A DNA stretch of 64,000 nucleotides, from assembly GCA_038087875.1 (NCBI GenBank), contig CM075994.1:6636001-6700000 (forward strand), written 5' to 3'. The notes below the pieces were generated by a model. That model did no database searches, was not told where the DNA came from, and saw only the letters and a program-made list of their open reading frames with translations. This stretch comes from Malacoraja senta. Taxonomy: Eukaryota. A program made the position numbers and the translations under genes. The stretch's first letter is position 1. Every line of letters starts with the position of its first letter. Shown here in pieces: positions 26,601 to 39,410 of the stretch.

Positions 26601-27150
26601 TGTCTTCAGTTCCTTCATCACATTAGATCTTCTGGCCACTAGTACATCAGGGAGATTGTTTGTGTCTTCCTTAGCTTAAGAATAAGGGGTAGGCCATTTA
26701 GAACGGGCTGAGGAAAAACTTTTTCACCCAGAGAGTTGTGAATCTGTGGAATTCTCTGCCTCAGAAGGCGGTGGAGGCCAATTCTCTGGATGCTTTCAAG
26801 AGAGAGTTAAATAGAGCTCTTAAAGATAGTGGAGTCAGGGGATATGGGGAGAAGGCAGGAACGGGGTACTGATTGTGGATGATCAGCCATGATCGCAGTG
26901 AATGGCGGTGCTGGCTCGAAGGGCTGAATGGCCTACTCCTGCACCTATTGCCTATTGTCTATTGTTCCCCCTCAAAACTTCACAACTCCAGCGAGCAGAG
27001 GCCCAGTGCTGTCAAGCGCTCATCATATGTTAACCCACTCATTCCTGGGATCATTCTTGTAAACCTTCTCTGGAGCCAGCACATCCTTCCTCAGATATGG
27101 TCCCAAATTTGCTCATAGTACTCCAAACGTAGCCTGACCAGCGCCTTATG
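26600..27150. mobile_element. CR1 3' fragment (+, 26674-26965) inside older CR1 pieces (-)
   Basis: LRIRGRPF..FFTQRVVNLWNSLP..GYGEKAGTGY, 3' UTR and CTATTGT tail. Confidence 0.8.
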
Positions 27151-27260
27151 GAGCCTCTAGGATTCGGTATAAGGATCATTCGGATGGATAGGTGGGATTT
27201 GTAGTGGGACAGAGAGTGGGCTTTACTGTGGGACAGTTGTATGAGATGTTGGTCATCAGG

Positions 27261-27288
27261 CTGAAGAAGGGTTTCGGCCCGAAACGTT
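27261..27288 (+). ncRNA. Minimal hammerhead ribozyme-like core in a Penelope repeat
   Basis: CTGAAGA-AGGGTTTCGGCCC-GAAACGTT: CUGANGA and GAAA boxes around a stem II. Confidence 0.5.
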
Positions 27289-27356
27289 GCCTATTTCCTT
27301 CGCTCCATAGATGCTGCTGCACCCGCTGAGTTTCTCAGGTACTTTTGTCTACCTAC

Positions 27357-27915
27357 ATTCAGAGTATTGTATTCAGTTCTGAGCACCAAGTTATAGGAAA
27401 CATGTTGTCAAGCTTGAAAGCGTTCAGAGAACATTTACAAGGATATTGCCAGGACTAGAGGGTCTGAGCTATAGGGAGAGGTTGAATCAGCTGGGTCTCT
27501 ATTCGGAGTGCAGGAGGATGAGGGGGTGGTCTTATAGAGGTGAATAAAATCATGAGAGGAATAAATCGGGTAGATGCACAGAATCTGGGGGAGGGGGGGG
27601 GGAGGGGGGGGATCGAGGGACCAGATGACATTGTTCAAGCTGAAGAGGAAAATATTTAATAGGGATCTGAGGGTTAACCTTTTCACACAAAGGGCGCTGG
27701 GTGTATGGAATGAGCTGCCAGAGGAGGTAGTTGAGGCTGGGACGATCCCAAATGTTTAAGAAACAGTTAGACAGGTACATGGACATGGGTTGGACAGGTT
27801 TGGAAGGATATGGACCAAGCACAGGCATGTGGGACTGGTGTAGCTGGGACATTTTGGCCGGTGTGGGCAATTTGGGCTGAAGGGCCTGTTCCCACACTGT
27901 ATCACTCTATGACTA
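27357..27915 (+). mobile_element. CR1 LINE 3' fragment whose tail is shared with the SINEs
   Basis: EYCIQF..LERVQR..WNELPEEVVEAG; tail GAAGGGCCTGTT..CTGTATCACTCTATGAC. Confidence 0.82.
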
Positions 27916-28211
27916 TAATAATGACAGAGATCAGGGGGGTGGGGGTGTGTAGGTGGGGTTCGGTGTAGAGATCGTAGGCATGGGCAAGTGGCATCCAATG
28001 TAGTGAGCGAGGGGTAGGATGGGCGTTTTCCGTGTGGGACAGAGCTGGGGGGGGGGGTGCCATCCATTGGAGAGAGCGGTGGGTCGGGTGGTAGGACCCA
28101 GTGAGATCATTGGACACATGGGCGATGGGGAAGGGGTGGGTCCGAGGGTGGGAAGGGGTTCCTGAGCTCAGTCGCTCTCATCGGCCCCAACGCAAGGGGT
28201 ACAGGGCTCAC

Positions 28212-28307
28212 CACCGTCTGGGAGGTCCTAGACTCCTGGCTGGTCTCTGCCTCTCTGTACTCCTCCAGTCTCTTCTCCAGGAACGCCGCCGAGTTCTCCA
28301 GCTTCTC
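28212..28307 (-). CDS. TRIM gene B exon 2, 96 nt, phase 0-0
   Basis: gtgttcccccaag acceptor and gtgagc donor; EKLENSAAFLEKRLEEYREAETSQESRTSQTV; 96 nt is the canonical TRIM exon-2 size. Confidence 0.85.
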
Positions 28308-28392
28308 CTTGGGGGAACACACAGGGGTGGGTAAGTCACGGTACACTGTGGGGCGGGGGGGGCCCCAGAAACTAGGAACAAATTAGCGGGAG

Positions 28393-28772
28393 GGGCGGCA
28401 CGGTGGCGCAGCGGTAGAGTTGAGACAGGTACTGAAATAACATTTAGCGGTAGAGTTTAGCAGATACTGTAACAACAGCGGTAGAGTTGCTGCCTCACAG
28501 CGCCAGAGACCCGGGTTTGATTCTGACCATGGGTGCTGTCTGTACGGAGTTTGTACGCTCTCCCCGTGACCGCGTGGGTTTTCTCCGGGAGCTCCGGTTT
28601 CCTCCCACACTCCAAAGACATACAGGGTGGTTGGTTAATTGGCTTCTGTAAATTGCAAATTCTCCCTAGTGTGTAGGATAATGCTCGTGTACGGGGTGAT
28701 CACTGGTCGGCGAGGACTCGGTGGGCCAAAGAGCCACTTTCCGTGCTGTATCTCTGAAGTCTAAAGTCTAAC
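28393..28772 (+). mobile_element. Full-length tRNA-derived V-SINE/HE1-like SINE
   Basis: A box GGTGGCGCAGCGGTAG (AGCGGTAGAGTT locally triplicated), B box GGTTTGATTC, conserved core and tail. Confidence 0.85.
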
Positions 28773-28844
28773 TACCAACTGTGGCAGCTTGGTCCATATA
28801 CCTCCCACCGTTTGTGCAAAGAAAGAGGGCCCAGCTTGCCTAAA

Positions 28845-29345
28845 GAAACATAGAAAATAGGTGCAGGAGTAGGCCATTCGACCCTTCGAGCCAGCACCGC
28901 CATTCAATATGATCATGGCTGATCATCCACAATCAGTACCCCATGCTGACCAACATGCCCCATCTACTTAAATCCGCCCTGCCCATGTTTGGCCCATATC
29001 CCTCTAAATCTTCTCTGTCCATTTACCTGTTCAAATGTCTTTTAAATGTTGTTACAGTACCTTCCTCAACTACCTCCTCTGGTAGCTCATTCCATACACC
29101 CACCTCTCTCTGTGTGAAAAGGTTGCCCGTCAATTTCCTATTAAATCTTTCCCCGCTCACCCTAAACCTGATCTCTGGGTAAAGGTACATTCACCCTATC
29201 TATTCATCTCATGATCTTGTACACCTCTACAAGATCACCCATCATCCTCCTGCGTTCCGAGGAATAAAGTCCCAGCCTGCTCAACCTCCCCCTATAGCTC
29301 AGACCTTCTAGTCCTAGCAACATCCTCGTAAATCTTCTCTCTTCC
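28845..29345 (-). mobile_element. Two CR1 3' fragments
   Basis: CR1 UTR GGAGTAGGCCATTCG and reverse-strand WNELPEEVVE. Confidence 0.75.
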
Positions 29346-29745
29346 TACCTGAAACGTTCTTAGACTTTATAGAGATACAGCGTGGAACCAGGCCCTTCGG
29401 CCCACCGAGTCCATGCCGACCATCAATCAGCCCCTAGACCAACGCTTCTGTACAGCAGGGACAACTTTTTAAACAATTTCTCAAAGCCAATTAATCTACA
29501 AACCTGCGTAGGAATGAACTGCAGATGCTGGTATACATGCTGGTAATTCAGCGGGGTCAGGCAACATCTCTGGAGAATTGGAATTGGTGACGTTTCGGGT
29601 CGAGATCCAAACCTGCACGTGTTTGGAGTGTGGGAGGAAACCGGAGCTTGCGCTTTGAGGCAGCAACTCTACCGCTGCGCCACCACCGTGCCACCCAGGC
29701 AACACCCCAGATGAATCTCCCATGCACACTCTCCAGTACTTCTCA

Positions 29746-30053
29746 GTTTAGTTTAGTTTAGAGATACAGCCCAGAAACAGGCCCTTCGGCCCACCGAGTC
29801 CGCGCTGACTAGCGATCATTAACACTATCCTACACACACTAGGGGCAATTTACACATACACCAAGCCAATTAACCTACATACCTGTATGTCACACCAGCA
29901 TGGGAGGAAACTGAAGATCTCAGAGAAAACCCCACGTGGTCACGGGGAGAACGTGCAAACACTGCACAGACAGCACCCATAGTCTGGATCGACCCGGTTC
30001 ACCGGCGCTGCAAGCTATGTAATGCAGCAATTCTACCGCTGAACCACCATGCA
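29746..30053 (-). mobile_element. V-SINE/HE1-like SINE
   Basis: Reverse complement of the 28393 family, with (TTTAG)n tail. Confidence 0.8.
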
Positions 30054-30121
30054 GTCTATGAGCCGTGAGCTCTTGAGTTTAAGTTGGTCTGAACCGCACC
30101 AGTAACTGGGTTAAATTTAGT

Positions 30122-31595
30122 TTGTGTGGGAAAGAACTGCAGATGCTGGTTTAAACTGAAGATAGACACAAAAAGCTGGTGTAACTTAGCGGGACAGGCA
30201 GCATCTCTGGAGAGAAGAAATGGGTGACGTTTCGGGTCGAGGCCCTTCTTCAGACTGGTCAGGGATAAGGGAAACGAGAGATATAGGCGATGATGTAGAG
30301 AGATAAAGAGCAATGAATGAAAGATACGCAAAAGGTAACAATGGTAAAGGAAACAGGCCATTGTTAGCTGTTAGACAAAAATGCTGGAGAAACTCAGCGG
30401 GTGAGGCAGCATCTATGGAGCGAAAGAATAGGCGACGTTTCAGGTCGAGACCCTTCTTCAGACTGATGTGGAGGTGGGGGGCGGGAAGAAGAAAGGAAGT
30501 GGTGGAGACTGTAGGCTGTGGCAGAACTGGGAAGGGAAAGGGAAGGAGGGAGAAAGCAAGGACTACCTGAAATTGGAGGTCAATGTTCATACCGTTGGGG
30601 TGTAAACTACCCAAGCAAAATATGAGGTGCTGCTCCTCCAATTTGTGGTGGGACTCACTCTGGCCATGGAGGAGGCCCAGGACAGAAAGGTCGGATTCGG
30701 AATGGGAGGGGGAGTTGAAGTGCTGGGCCACCGGGAGATCTGGTTGGTTAGTATGAACCGAGCGGAGGTGTTGGGTGAAGCGATCGCCAAGCCTGTGCTT
30801 GGTCTCACCGATGTAGAGCAGCTGACACCTAGAGCAGCAGATACAATAGATGAGGTTGGAGGAGATGCAGGTGAACCTCTGCCTCACCTGGAAAGACTGC
30901 TTGGGTCAAGGAGGGGGAGGTAAAGCAACAAGTGTAGCATTTCCTGCGGTTGCAAGGGAAAGTACCAGGGGAGGGGGTGATTTGGGTGGGAAGGGACGAA
31001 TTGACCAGGGAGTTACGGAGGGAGCGGTCTCTGCGGCAAGCCGAAAGGGGAGGAGATGGGAAGATGTGACCAGTGGTGGGATCCCGTTGGAGGTGGCGAA
31101 AATGTCGGAGGATTATCTGTTGTATGTGACGACTGGTGGGGTGGAAGTGAGAGAGGAGACCCTGGTGAGAGCCTCATCTATAGTCGAAGAGGGGATTGGG
31201 AGTTGGGAGATAGAGTCCTTAATGCAGCGGAGCTGGTCCTTACCATCAACAACTTTTCCTTTAATTCCTCCCATTTCCTCCAAATCCAAGGCCTAGCTAT
31301 GGGCACGCGCATGCGCCCCAGCTATGCCTGCCTCTTTGTAGGGTATGTCGAACAATCCTGGTTCGAGGCTTATCGTGGCTCTATCCCCAAATTCTACCTC
31401 CACTGCATTGACGACTGCATTGGTGCTACCTCCTGCACCCATGTAGGACTCACTGACTTCATCCATTTCACCATTAACTTCCATCCGGCACTCAAATTCA
31501 CCTGGACCATTTCCGACATCTCCCTACCGTTTCTAGACCTCACTATCTCCATCGCAGGTAACAGACTACTGACCGACACCTCCTATCATCCCACT
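30122..31595 (-). mobile_element. Penelope-like (Neptune-type) retroelement: tandem terminal repeats, GIY-YIG endonuclease on -, inverted RT piece on + (about 31225-31595)
   Basis: FTCISSNLIYCICCSRC..LYIGET...HFNSPSH..EEQHLIF.LGSL.PNGMN; Cys-rich linker FPCNRRKCYTC; RT LTINNFSF..QIQGLAMGT..YACLF..IDD. Confidence 0.88.
30226..30461 (-). ncRNA. Tandem pair of minimal hammerhead ribozyme cores (30226-30253 and 30434-30461)
   Basis: CTGAAGA-AGGGCCTCGACCC-GAAACGTC and CTGAAGA-AGGGTCTCGACCT-GAAACGTC, 208 nt apart. Confidence 0.6.
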
Positions 31596-31701
31596 ATGAT
31601 TATCAGTGGGAGATACGGGAACCCTGTGTGAGTTTGAAAGGGCCCATATCCCCCCCTGCCCCAATGTTTCTAGCTTGCGACAGTGTCTATGCTTCAGTAC
31701 C

Positions 31702-32027
31702 AGCGGCACAGCGGATAGAGCCGCTGCCTCACAGCGCCAGAGCCCCGGGTTCGATCCTGACCTCGGGAGTTTTATGTCTGTGTGTGTGGAATTCGCACGT
31801 TCTCCCTGTGACGGCATGGGTTTCTTTCGGGTGCTCCAGTTTCCTCCCACATCCTGAAGAAAGATGTGTGTGGTTTGGGGTTTAATTGGCCCTCTGTAAA
31901 TTACCTCCTAGTGTGTGGGGAATGGATGAGAAAGTGGAATAACATAGAACTAGTGTGAACTGGTGATCGACATTGGACTCGGTGTGGGCCGAAGGGCCTG
32001 TTTCCATGCTGTATTTCTCCAACTAAA
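31702..32027 (+). mobile_element. V-SINE-like SINE
   Basis: GGTTCGATCC B box, conserved core, GGGCCGAAGGGCCTGTTTCC tail. Confidence 0.8.
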
Positions 32028-32103
32028 ACTTTTCCACTACTGATGAGACTCAATGGTCTGTAGTTCCCTGTTTCCATGCTGTATCTATGCACTAAACTAA
32101 ACA

Positions 32104-33060
32104 GCGGCACGGCTGCGCAGCGGTAGAGTTGCTGCCTCACAACGGCAGAGACCCGAGTTCAATCCTGACCACGGGTGCTGTCTGTACGGAGTTTGTACGT
32201 TCTCCCCGTGACCTGCATGGGTTTGCTCCGGGAGCTCCAGTTTCCTCCCACACTCCAAAGATGTACAGCTTGGCTAATTGGCTTGTTAACATTGTAAATT
32301 GTCCCCAGTGTGTGTAGGATAGTGTTAATGTGCGGGGATAGGAGCAGGGAGGTTCTACTGCAGTTGTACAGGGTCTTGGTGAGACCACACCTGGAGTATT
32401 GCGTACAGTTTTGGTCTCCAAATCTGAGGAAGGACATTATAGCCACAGAGGGAGTGCAGAGAAGGTTCACCAGACTGATTCCTGGGATGTCAGGACTTTC
32501 ATATGAAGAAAGACTGGATAGACTTGGCTTATACTCGCTAGAATTTAGAAGATTGAGAGGGGATCTTATAGAAACGTACAAAATTCTTATGGGGTTGGAC
32601 AGGCTAGATGCAGGAAGATTGTTCCCGATGTTGGGGAAGTCCAGGACAAGGGGTCACAGCTTAAGGATAAGGGGGAAATCCTTTAAGACCGAGATGAGGA
32701 AAAACTTTTTCACACAGAGAGTGGTGAATCTCTGGAACTGTCTGCCACAGAGGGTAGTTGAGTCCAGTTCATTGCCTATATTTAAAAGGGAGTTAGATGT
32801 GGCCCTTGTGGCTAAGGGGGTCAGGGGGTATGGAGAGAAGGCAGGTACGGGATACTGAGTTGGATGATCAGCCATGATCATATTGAATGGCGGTGCAGGC
32901 TCGAAGGGCCGAATGGCCTACTCCTGCACCTATTTTCTATGTATCTATGTATCTATGATTGCTGGTCGGCATGGACTATGTGGGCTGAAGGGCCTGTTTT
33001 CAAGCTGTATCTCTTATGTAAACTAAACTAAACTATACTATATTAAACTAAACTGAACCA
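32104..33060 (+). mobile_element. SINE split by a young CR1 3' fragment (32340-32957)
   Basis: SINE head and core run to 32340 and the SINE tail resumes at 32957; the insert encodes open SREVLLQLYRVLVRPHLEYCVQFWSP...GYGEKAGTGY. Confidence 0.88.
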
Positions 33061-35614
33061 AATAAAGATAAACACAAAGTGCTGAAATAACAGCCGGTCA
33101 AGTAGCATCTCTGGAGAAAAAGGTTGGGCGGCGTTTTGGGTTGGGACCCTTCTTCGGACTGAAATAGAGTCTTACAATTTTCAGTCTTCCTGACCCGCTG
33201 AGTTACTCCAGCACTTTGTGTCCTTGTTTGTTATAAACAATACGATACGGTGCGATACGATATGATAGAACTTTATTTGTCCCAGGAGGGAAACTGATCT
33301 GCCAACAGTCATAAAAACACAAGATACACGAAACACAAAATACGTGAAATATGAAATTAAAGTGACGAGTGGAAAGGCTTGGGAGATGTGCAAAGATTTG
33401 GGAGGGGGAGGGGCGGTGGGGACAGAAAAGAAGGATCTCCTGTGATGTTCTGTCCTGCATCTTGGTGGAACCAGTCTGTTGCTGAAGATGCTTCTCAGGT
33501 TGACCAGTGTGTAATGGAACGGGGTGCGCTAGATTAGATTGTCCAAGATCGACAGGATGGGTGTACAGTCCACAAACACATTCGCAGTTCTTTGTTTCTA
33601 AACTAAACCAGGGTACTGAGCTGGGGGAGCAAATTGCATTGGGATGTTCCAAATGAGTATAAAGAGATGCATATCTCTGTCCCCACAGTCCACAGTGCAG
33701 AGAGGAAGTGGTCGGTGTTAACATCTCTCTCGGTGGCGGTTTCCTCCAACGCTCCAAAGACCTATAGGTTTGTAGATTAATTGGCCCCTTGCAAATTGTC
33801 CCCAGTGTGTGTAAGATAGTGCTAGTGATGGGGTGATGGCTGCTCACCGCGGACTCCATGAGCTGAAGGGACTGTTACACGCTCTATCTCAAAGCTAAAT
33901 AAAACTAGCGGCTGAGAAAGTCTGAAGAGTTTTTTTGCACAGTTATTGTCTTGTATATATTTTTAGCCCGCACAAAGTTTATTTTGGGAAATTCGATTCT
34001 CTGAACAGGAACCCACCTGTCATTATGAAATAACAGTAGAACAGGGTATGAGAGTTCTAGTGCAGAGGTGGGGGGGATCTATCGCAAGGTAAGTAAGTAA
34101 GTAAGTAAGTAAGTTTATTGGCCAAGTATTCACATACAAGGAATTTGTCTTGGTGCTCCGCCCACAAGTAACAACATGACATACGGTGACAGTTACGAAT
34201 GACTCAGAAAACAATAAATATTAATAATAATAAAACATTCATGATAAAACACCATTGATCAAGCATGTGAACCAACAAAATACCAGATCAAAGGGAGGCT
34301 ACAGATTTTTGGCTGCTGAGTAGAGCAACTACTCGTGGATAAAAACTGTTTTTATGTCCGGCTGTGGCAGCTTTGACAATCGCCTTCCAGAGGGAAGTGA
34401 TTCAAAGGCTGGGGGGTCCAACATTGCTGCAGCTGCCTGCCTAGATCTACCTGATATCACGGTTACCGGGCACTTTAACTCCCCTTCCCATTCCCACACT
34501 GAAACTTACAGAATAATGAAAGGCATAGATAGAGTGGATGTGGAAAGGATGTTTCCAGTGGTGGGATAGTCTAGGACCAGAGGTGAGGAGGAACTTATTT
34601 AGTCAGAGAGTAGTTAATCAGTGGAACACATTGCCACAGAGGGTTGTAGAGGCCAAGAGAGTGGATATTTTTACGGCAGAGGTAGACAATTTCTTGATGA
34701 GTACGGGTGTCAAGGGTTATGGGGAAAGGCAGGAAAATGGGATTAGGAGATCAGCCATGATTGAATGGCGGAGTAGACTCGATGGGCCGAATGGCCTAAT
34801 TCTATCATTCCAATAACTTGTGAACTTGTGAACTTGTGACCAGTGTGTCACCAGAGAGGATGCTGCCTGTCCCACTGAGTTACTCCAGCATTTTGTGCCT
34901 ATCTCTGCTTCAGCAGACATGCAGCACATCAACCGTGCAGCGGCAGTGGATCTGCACCCGAGTCCTGTTTCCAGAAATAGGGAACTTTGAGTAAGTGAAC
35001 TGCCACATTATTCTGGCCATCTACAGTTCAACAACACAATTCACTGCTCAAGAATACAGCTGTAAAAGATCTTAACGTCAGCAACAGTGTGTGTTAGTTA
35101 ATGTGTTGAGAACAAAACTAGAGCATACAGCAGTATAGCACAGTATAGTGCTGCCTGCATGGGTTTCCTCCAGAATCGGTTTCCTCCCATTCCTCCAAAG
35201 ACGTACAGGTTTGTAGGTTCATTGGCTTGGTAGAAATGTAAAAATTGTCCCTAGCGTGTGCAGGATCGTGTTAGTGCGTGGGGATCGCTGGTCGGCGCGG
35301 ACTCGGTGGGCCACAGGGCCTGTTTCCTCGCTGTATCTCTAAACTAAATAAACTAAACTCAGCGGGTCCGGCTGCATCTCTGGAGAACACGGACAGGTGA
35401 CGTTTCGGGGCGGGACTCTTCTTCAGACTGGTCAGGGGGAGCAGCAGTGAGAGAGGGTCACAGAGCTCCAGTGGGAGAGGGCAGGAGAACTTCTTCAAAC
35501 TTGGCATACCCTGAGGAGATTTTGCGTTGGAGCAGTGAAAATGGAGACCCAAGGAAGTGCAGATGTTGATTTACCAAAAAAAAGAAAAAAAAGCGCTGGA
35601 GTAACTCAGCGGGT

Positions 35615-38200
35615 CATAGAAACAGAGAAACATAGAAAATGGATGCAGGAGCAGGCCATTTGGCCCTTCGAACCAGCACCGCCATTCAATATGATCATGG
35701 CTGATCATCCAAAATCAGTACTCCGTTCCAGCTTTTTCCCCAAAATCCTTTGATTCCCTAAGAGCTAAATCTAACTCTCTTCAAAACATCCAGTGAATTG
35801 GCCTCCACTGCCTTCTGTGGCCGAGAATTCCACAGATTCACAACTCACTGTGTGAAAAGGTTTTTCCTCATCTCAGTCTTAAATGGCCTATCCCTTATTC
35901 TTAAACTGTGCTCCCTGGTTCTGGACTCCCCCAACACCGGGAACATATTTCCTGCATCTACCCTATCCAAACCTCTAAGAATTTTATATTGTTCCATAAG
36001 ATACCCTCTCATCCTTCTAAATTCCAGCGAATACAAGCCCAGTCGACCCATTCTTTCATTATATGTCAGCCCCGCCACCCCGGGAATTAACGTTGTGAAC
36101 CTACACTGCACTCTCTCAATAGCAATAATGTCTTTACTCAAATTAGGAGACCAAAATTGCACACAATACTCCAGGTGTGGTCTCACCTGGGCCCTGTACA
36201 ACTGCAATAGGACCTCCTTGCTCCTAAACTCAAATCCTCTTGCAATGAAGGCCAAACATGCCATTAGCTTTCTTTACTGCCTGCTGTACTTGCATGCTTA
36301 CTGATGTACAAGCACACCCAGGTCTTGTTGCATTTCCCCTTCTCCTAATTTGACACCATTCAGATAATAATCTGCTTTCCTGTTCTTGCCACCAAAGTGG
36401 ATAACTTCACACTTATCCACATTATACTGCATCAGCCATGCTTCTGCCCACTCACCCAGCCTATCCAAGTCACACTGCAGTCTCAGAGAATCCCCCTCGA
36501 AGCTCACACTGCCACCCAGCTTTGTGTCATCCGCAAATTTAGAGATGTTACATTTAATTCCCTCGTCTAAATCGTTAATATATATTGTAAACATCTGGAG
36601 TCCCAGCACCGAACCTTGCGGCACCCCACTAGTCAATGCCTGCCATTCTGAAAAGGACCCATTAATTCCTACTCTCTGCTTCCTGTCTGCCAACCAGTTC
36701 TCTATCCATGTCAATACCCTACCCCCGATACCAGGTGTTCTAATTTTGCACACTAATCTCTTGTGTGGGACCTTGTCAAAGGCTTTTTGAAAGTACAGAT
36801 ACACCACATCCATTGGCTCTCCCTTATCCATTCTACTTGTTACATCCTCAAAAAATTCCCAAAGATTATTCACGCATGATTTCCCCTTCATAAATCCATG
36901 CTGACTTTGACCGATCCCATCACGGCTTTCCAAATGCGCTGCTATAAAACCTTTAATAATTGACTCCAGCATCTTCCCCACTACTGATTTAAGGCAAACT
37001 GGTCTGTAATTCCCTGTTATCTCTCTCTCTCCTTTCTTAAAAAGTGGAGTTACATTGGCTACCCTCCAGTCCACAGGAACTGATCCAAAGTCGAGAGAAT
37101 TTTGGAAAATGATCACCGATGCATCCACGATTTCTCGGGCCACCTCCTTGAGTAATCTGGATGCAGACCATCAGACCCTGGGGATTTATCTGCTTTCAAG
37201 TCCCAACAGTTTAGCTAACACCATTTTCTGACTAATGTGGATTCCCTTCAGTTCTTCCCTGCCACTAGATCCTCGGTCCCCTAGTATTTCTGGGAGATTG
37301 TTTGTGTCTTCCTTAGTGAAGACAGAACCAAAGTACTCGTTTAACTGTTCTGCCATTTCCTTGTTTCCCATTATAAATTCACCTGTCTCTGACTGTAAGG
37401 ACCTACATTCATCTTCACCAATATAATCTTTTCCTTTTAACATACCTAAAGTTACTTTTACAGTCAGTTTTTATATTCCATGCAAGATTTCTCACATGCT
37501 TTTTTCCCCCCTCTTATTTAACACACTTGTCCTCCTCTGTTGAGTTCTAAATTTCTCGCAGTCCTCTGGTTTGCCGCTTCTTCTGGCCAATTTATATGCC
37601 TCTTCCTTGGATTTAACACTATCCTTGACTTCCCTCGTCAACCACGGTTGAGCCGCCTTCCCAGTTTTATTTTTTTTGCCAGACAGGGATGAAACATTTC
37701 TGGAGTTCATCCATGCGGCCTTTAAATCTTTACCATTGCCTGTCCACTGTCAACCCTTTAAGTATAATTTGCCAGTCTATCCTAGCCAATTCCTGTCTCA
37801 TACCTTCAAAGTCTCCTTTATTCAAGTTCAGGGTCCCAGTCTCTGAATTAACCGTGTCACTCTCCATCCTAATGCAGAATTCCACCATATTATGGTCACT
37901 TGCAGAACATATTATGTTCACTTGCACAAGATCGCTAACTAATCCTTCCTCATTACACAATAGCCACTCTAGGATGGCCTGCCCTCTAGTCAGTTCCTCT
38001 ACACATTGGTTTAAAAACCCATCCGTATACATTCCAGGAAATCCTCCTCCTCAGCACTGTTACCAATTTGGTTGGCCCAATCTATATGTAGATTAAAGTC
38101 ACCCATGATAACCGCTGTACCTTTGCTACACGCATCCCTAATTTCCTGCTTGATGCTATCCCCAACCTCCCTACTGCTGTTTGGTGGTCTGTGTACAACA
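35615..38200 (-). mobile_element. 5'-truncated CR1 LINE (endonuclease C-half, RT, 3' UTR) with frameshifts
   Basis: MGDFNLHIDW, SDHNMVEF, GNYRPV, AFDKVPH, GVPQGSVLG, FADD, LEYCVQFWSP; (CATAGAAA)n tail. Confidence 0.93.
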
Positions 38201-38235
38201 TACCTGTTTGGTGGTCTGATCGAAAAACAATGACG

Positions 38236-38640
38236 TAAAATGCTGGAGTAACTCAGCGGGTCAGGCAGCATCTCTGGAGAATATGGATTGGGCGGCGTTT
38301 CGAGTCGGGACCCTCCTCCAGTCTGAAAAAGAGTCTCGACCCGAGAGATATACAGTAGATGACGATGTAGAGAGATAAAGAACAAAGAATGAAAGGTATG
38401 CAAAAAAGTAATGATGATAAAGGAAACAGGCCATTGTCCGCTGTTTGCTGGGTGAAAACGAGAAGGTGGTGTGAATTGGGTGGGGGAGGGATAGAGAGAG
38501 AGGGAATACCGGGGCTGCCTGAAGTTATAGAAATTAATATTAATACCACTGGGGTGTAAGCTGTCGAAGCGAAATATGAGATGCTGTTCCTCCAATTTAC
38601 ATTTAGACTCACACTGACAATGGAGGAGACATAGGACAGA
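38236..38640 (-). mobile_element. Penelope 3' fragment (GIY-YIG C-terminus plus terminal repeat)
   Basis: EEQHLIFRFDSLHPSGINI; repeat homologous to 30170-30370. Confidence 0.75.
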
Positions 38641-39199
38641 AGTGTGACAAGTGGAAAGGACAGGGGAAGTGCAAGGATTGGGTGGGGGGGGGGGGAGAGG
38701 AGAGTCAGTCTCAGTCTACACCATGACAGAAAGGGGAGGAGTTGTACAGTTTGATAGCGACAGGGAGGAAGCATCTCCTGTGGTGTTCTGTGCTGCATCT
38801 TGGTGGAACCAGTCTGTTGCTGAAGGTGCTCCTCAGGTTGACGAGTGTGTCATGGAGGGGGTGAGCTGTATTGTCCAGGATGCTCCGCAGTTTGAGGAGC
38901 ATCCTCCCCTCCAAGACCACCTCTTGGATCCACTACCTGCAACCTCTGGCAACCACCTTCAACTAGCATCGCAACCGGCTTCTACTAAAAAATTACCGAT
39001 TTTTAAAACGGCAACCTATTTTTAGTCGCGGCCGTTTTTGAATTTTTTGAAATAATCGCCGGAACATAGAAGAAGCGGAAACCACTTTCGACCATTAGGG
39101 AGACTGACAAAAACCTCCGGGAACCGCACGGAAACCTTGGGTGGGGCGCAAGGTCTCCAGAGGTTTCCGTTCAGGTTTCCTAAGTGGGACAGGGGCATT

Positions 39200-39410
39200 A
39201 GAATCTAGGAATCTAGGGCTCTTGGACTCTGGGAATCTAGGACTATAGGAATCTAGGAATCTAGGACTCTGGGACTGGTACTCTAGGAATCTATAACTCT
39301 AGGATTAAGACTCTAGGATACTAGGACTCTAGGACTAGGACTCCGGGACTAGGAATCTCAGAATCTAGCACTCTGGGACTTTAGGAATCTAGGAATTAAG
39401 ACTCTAGGAC
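39200..39410. repeat. 8-bp tandem repeat CT(A/G)GGA(C/A)T next to a Harbinger-MITE end
   Basis: Direct reading; GTGGGACAGGGGC TIR at 39184-39197. Confidence 0.85.

Noticed and set aside
28393..28530. tRNA-like A and B boxes
   Set aside because: SINE head that continues into the SINE core and LINE-like tail; no full cloverleaf
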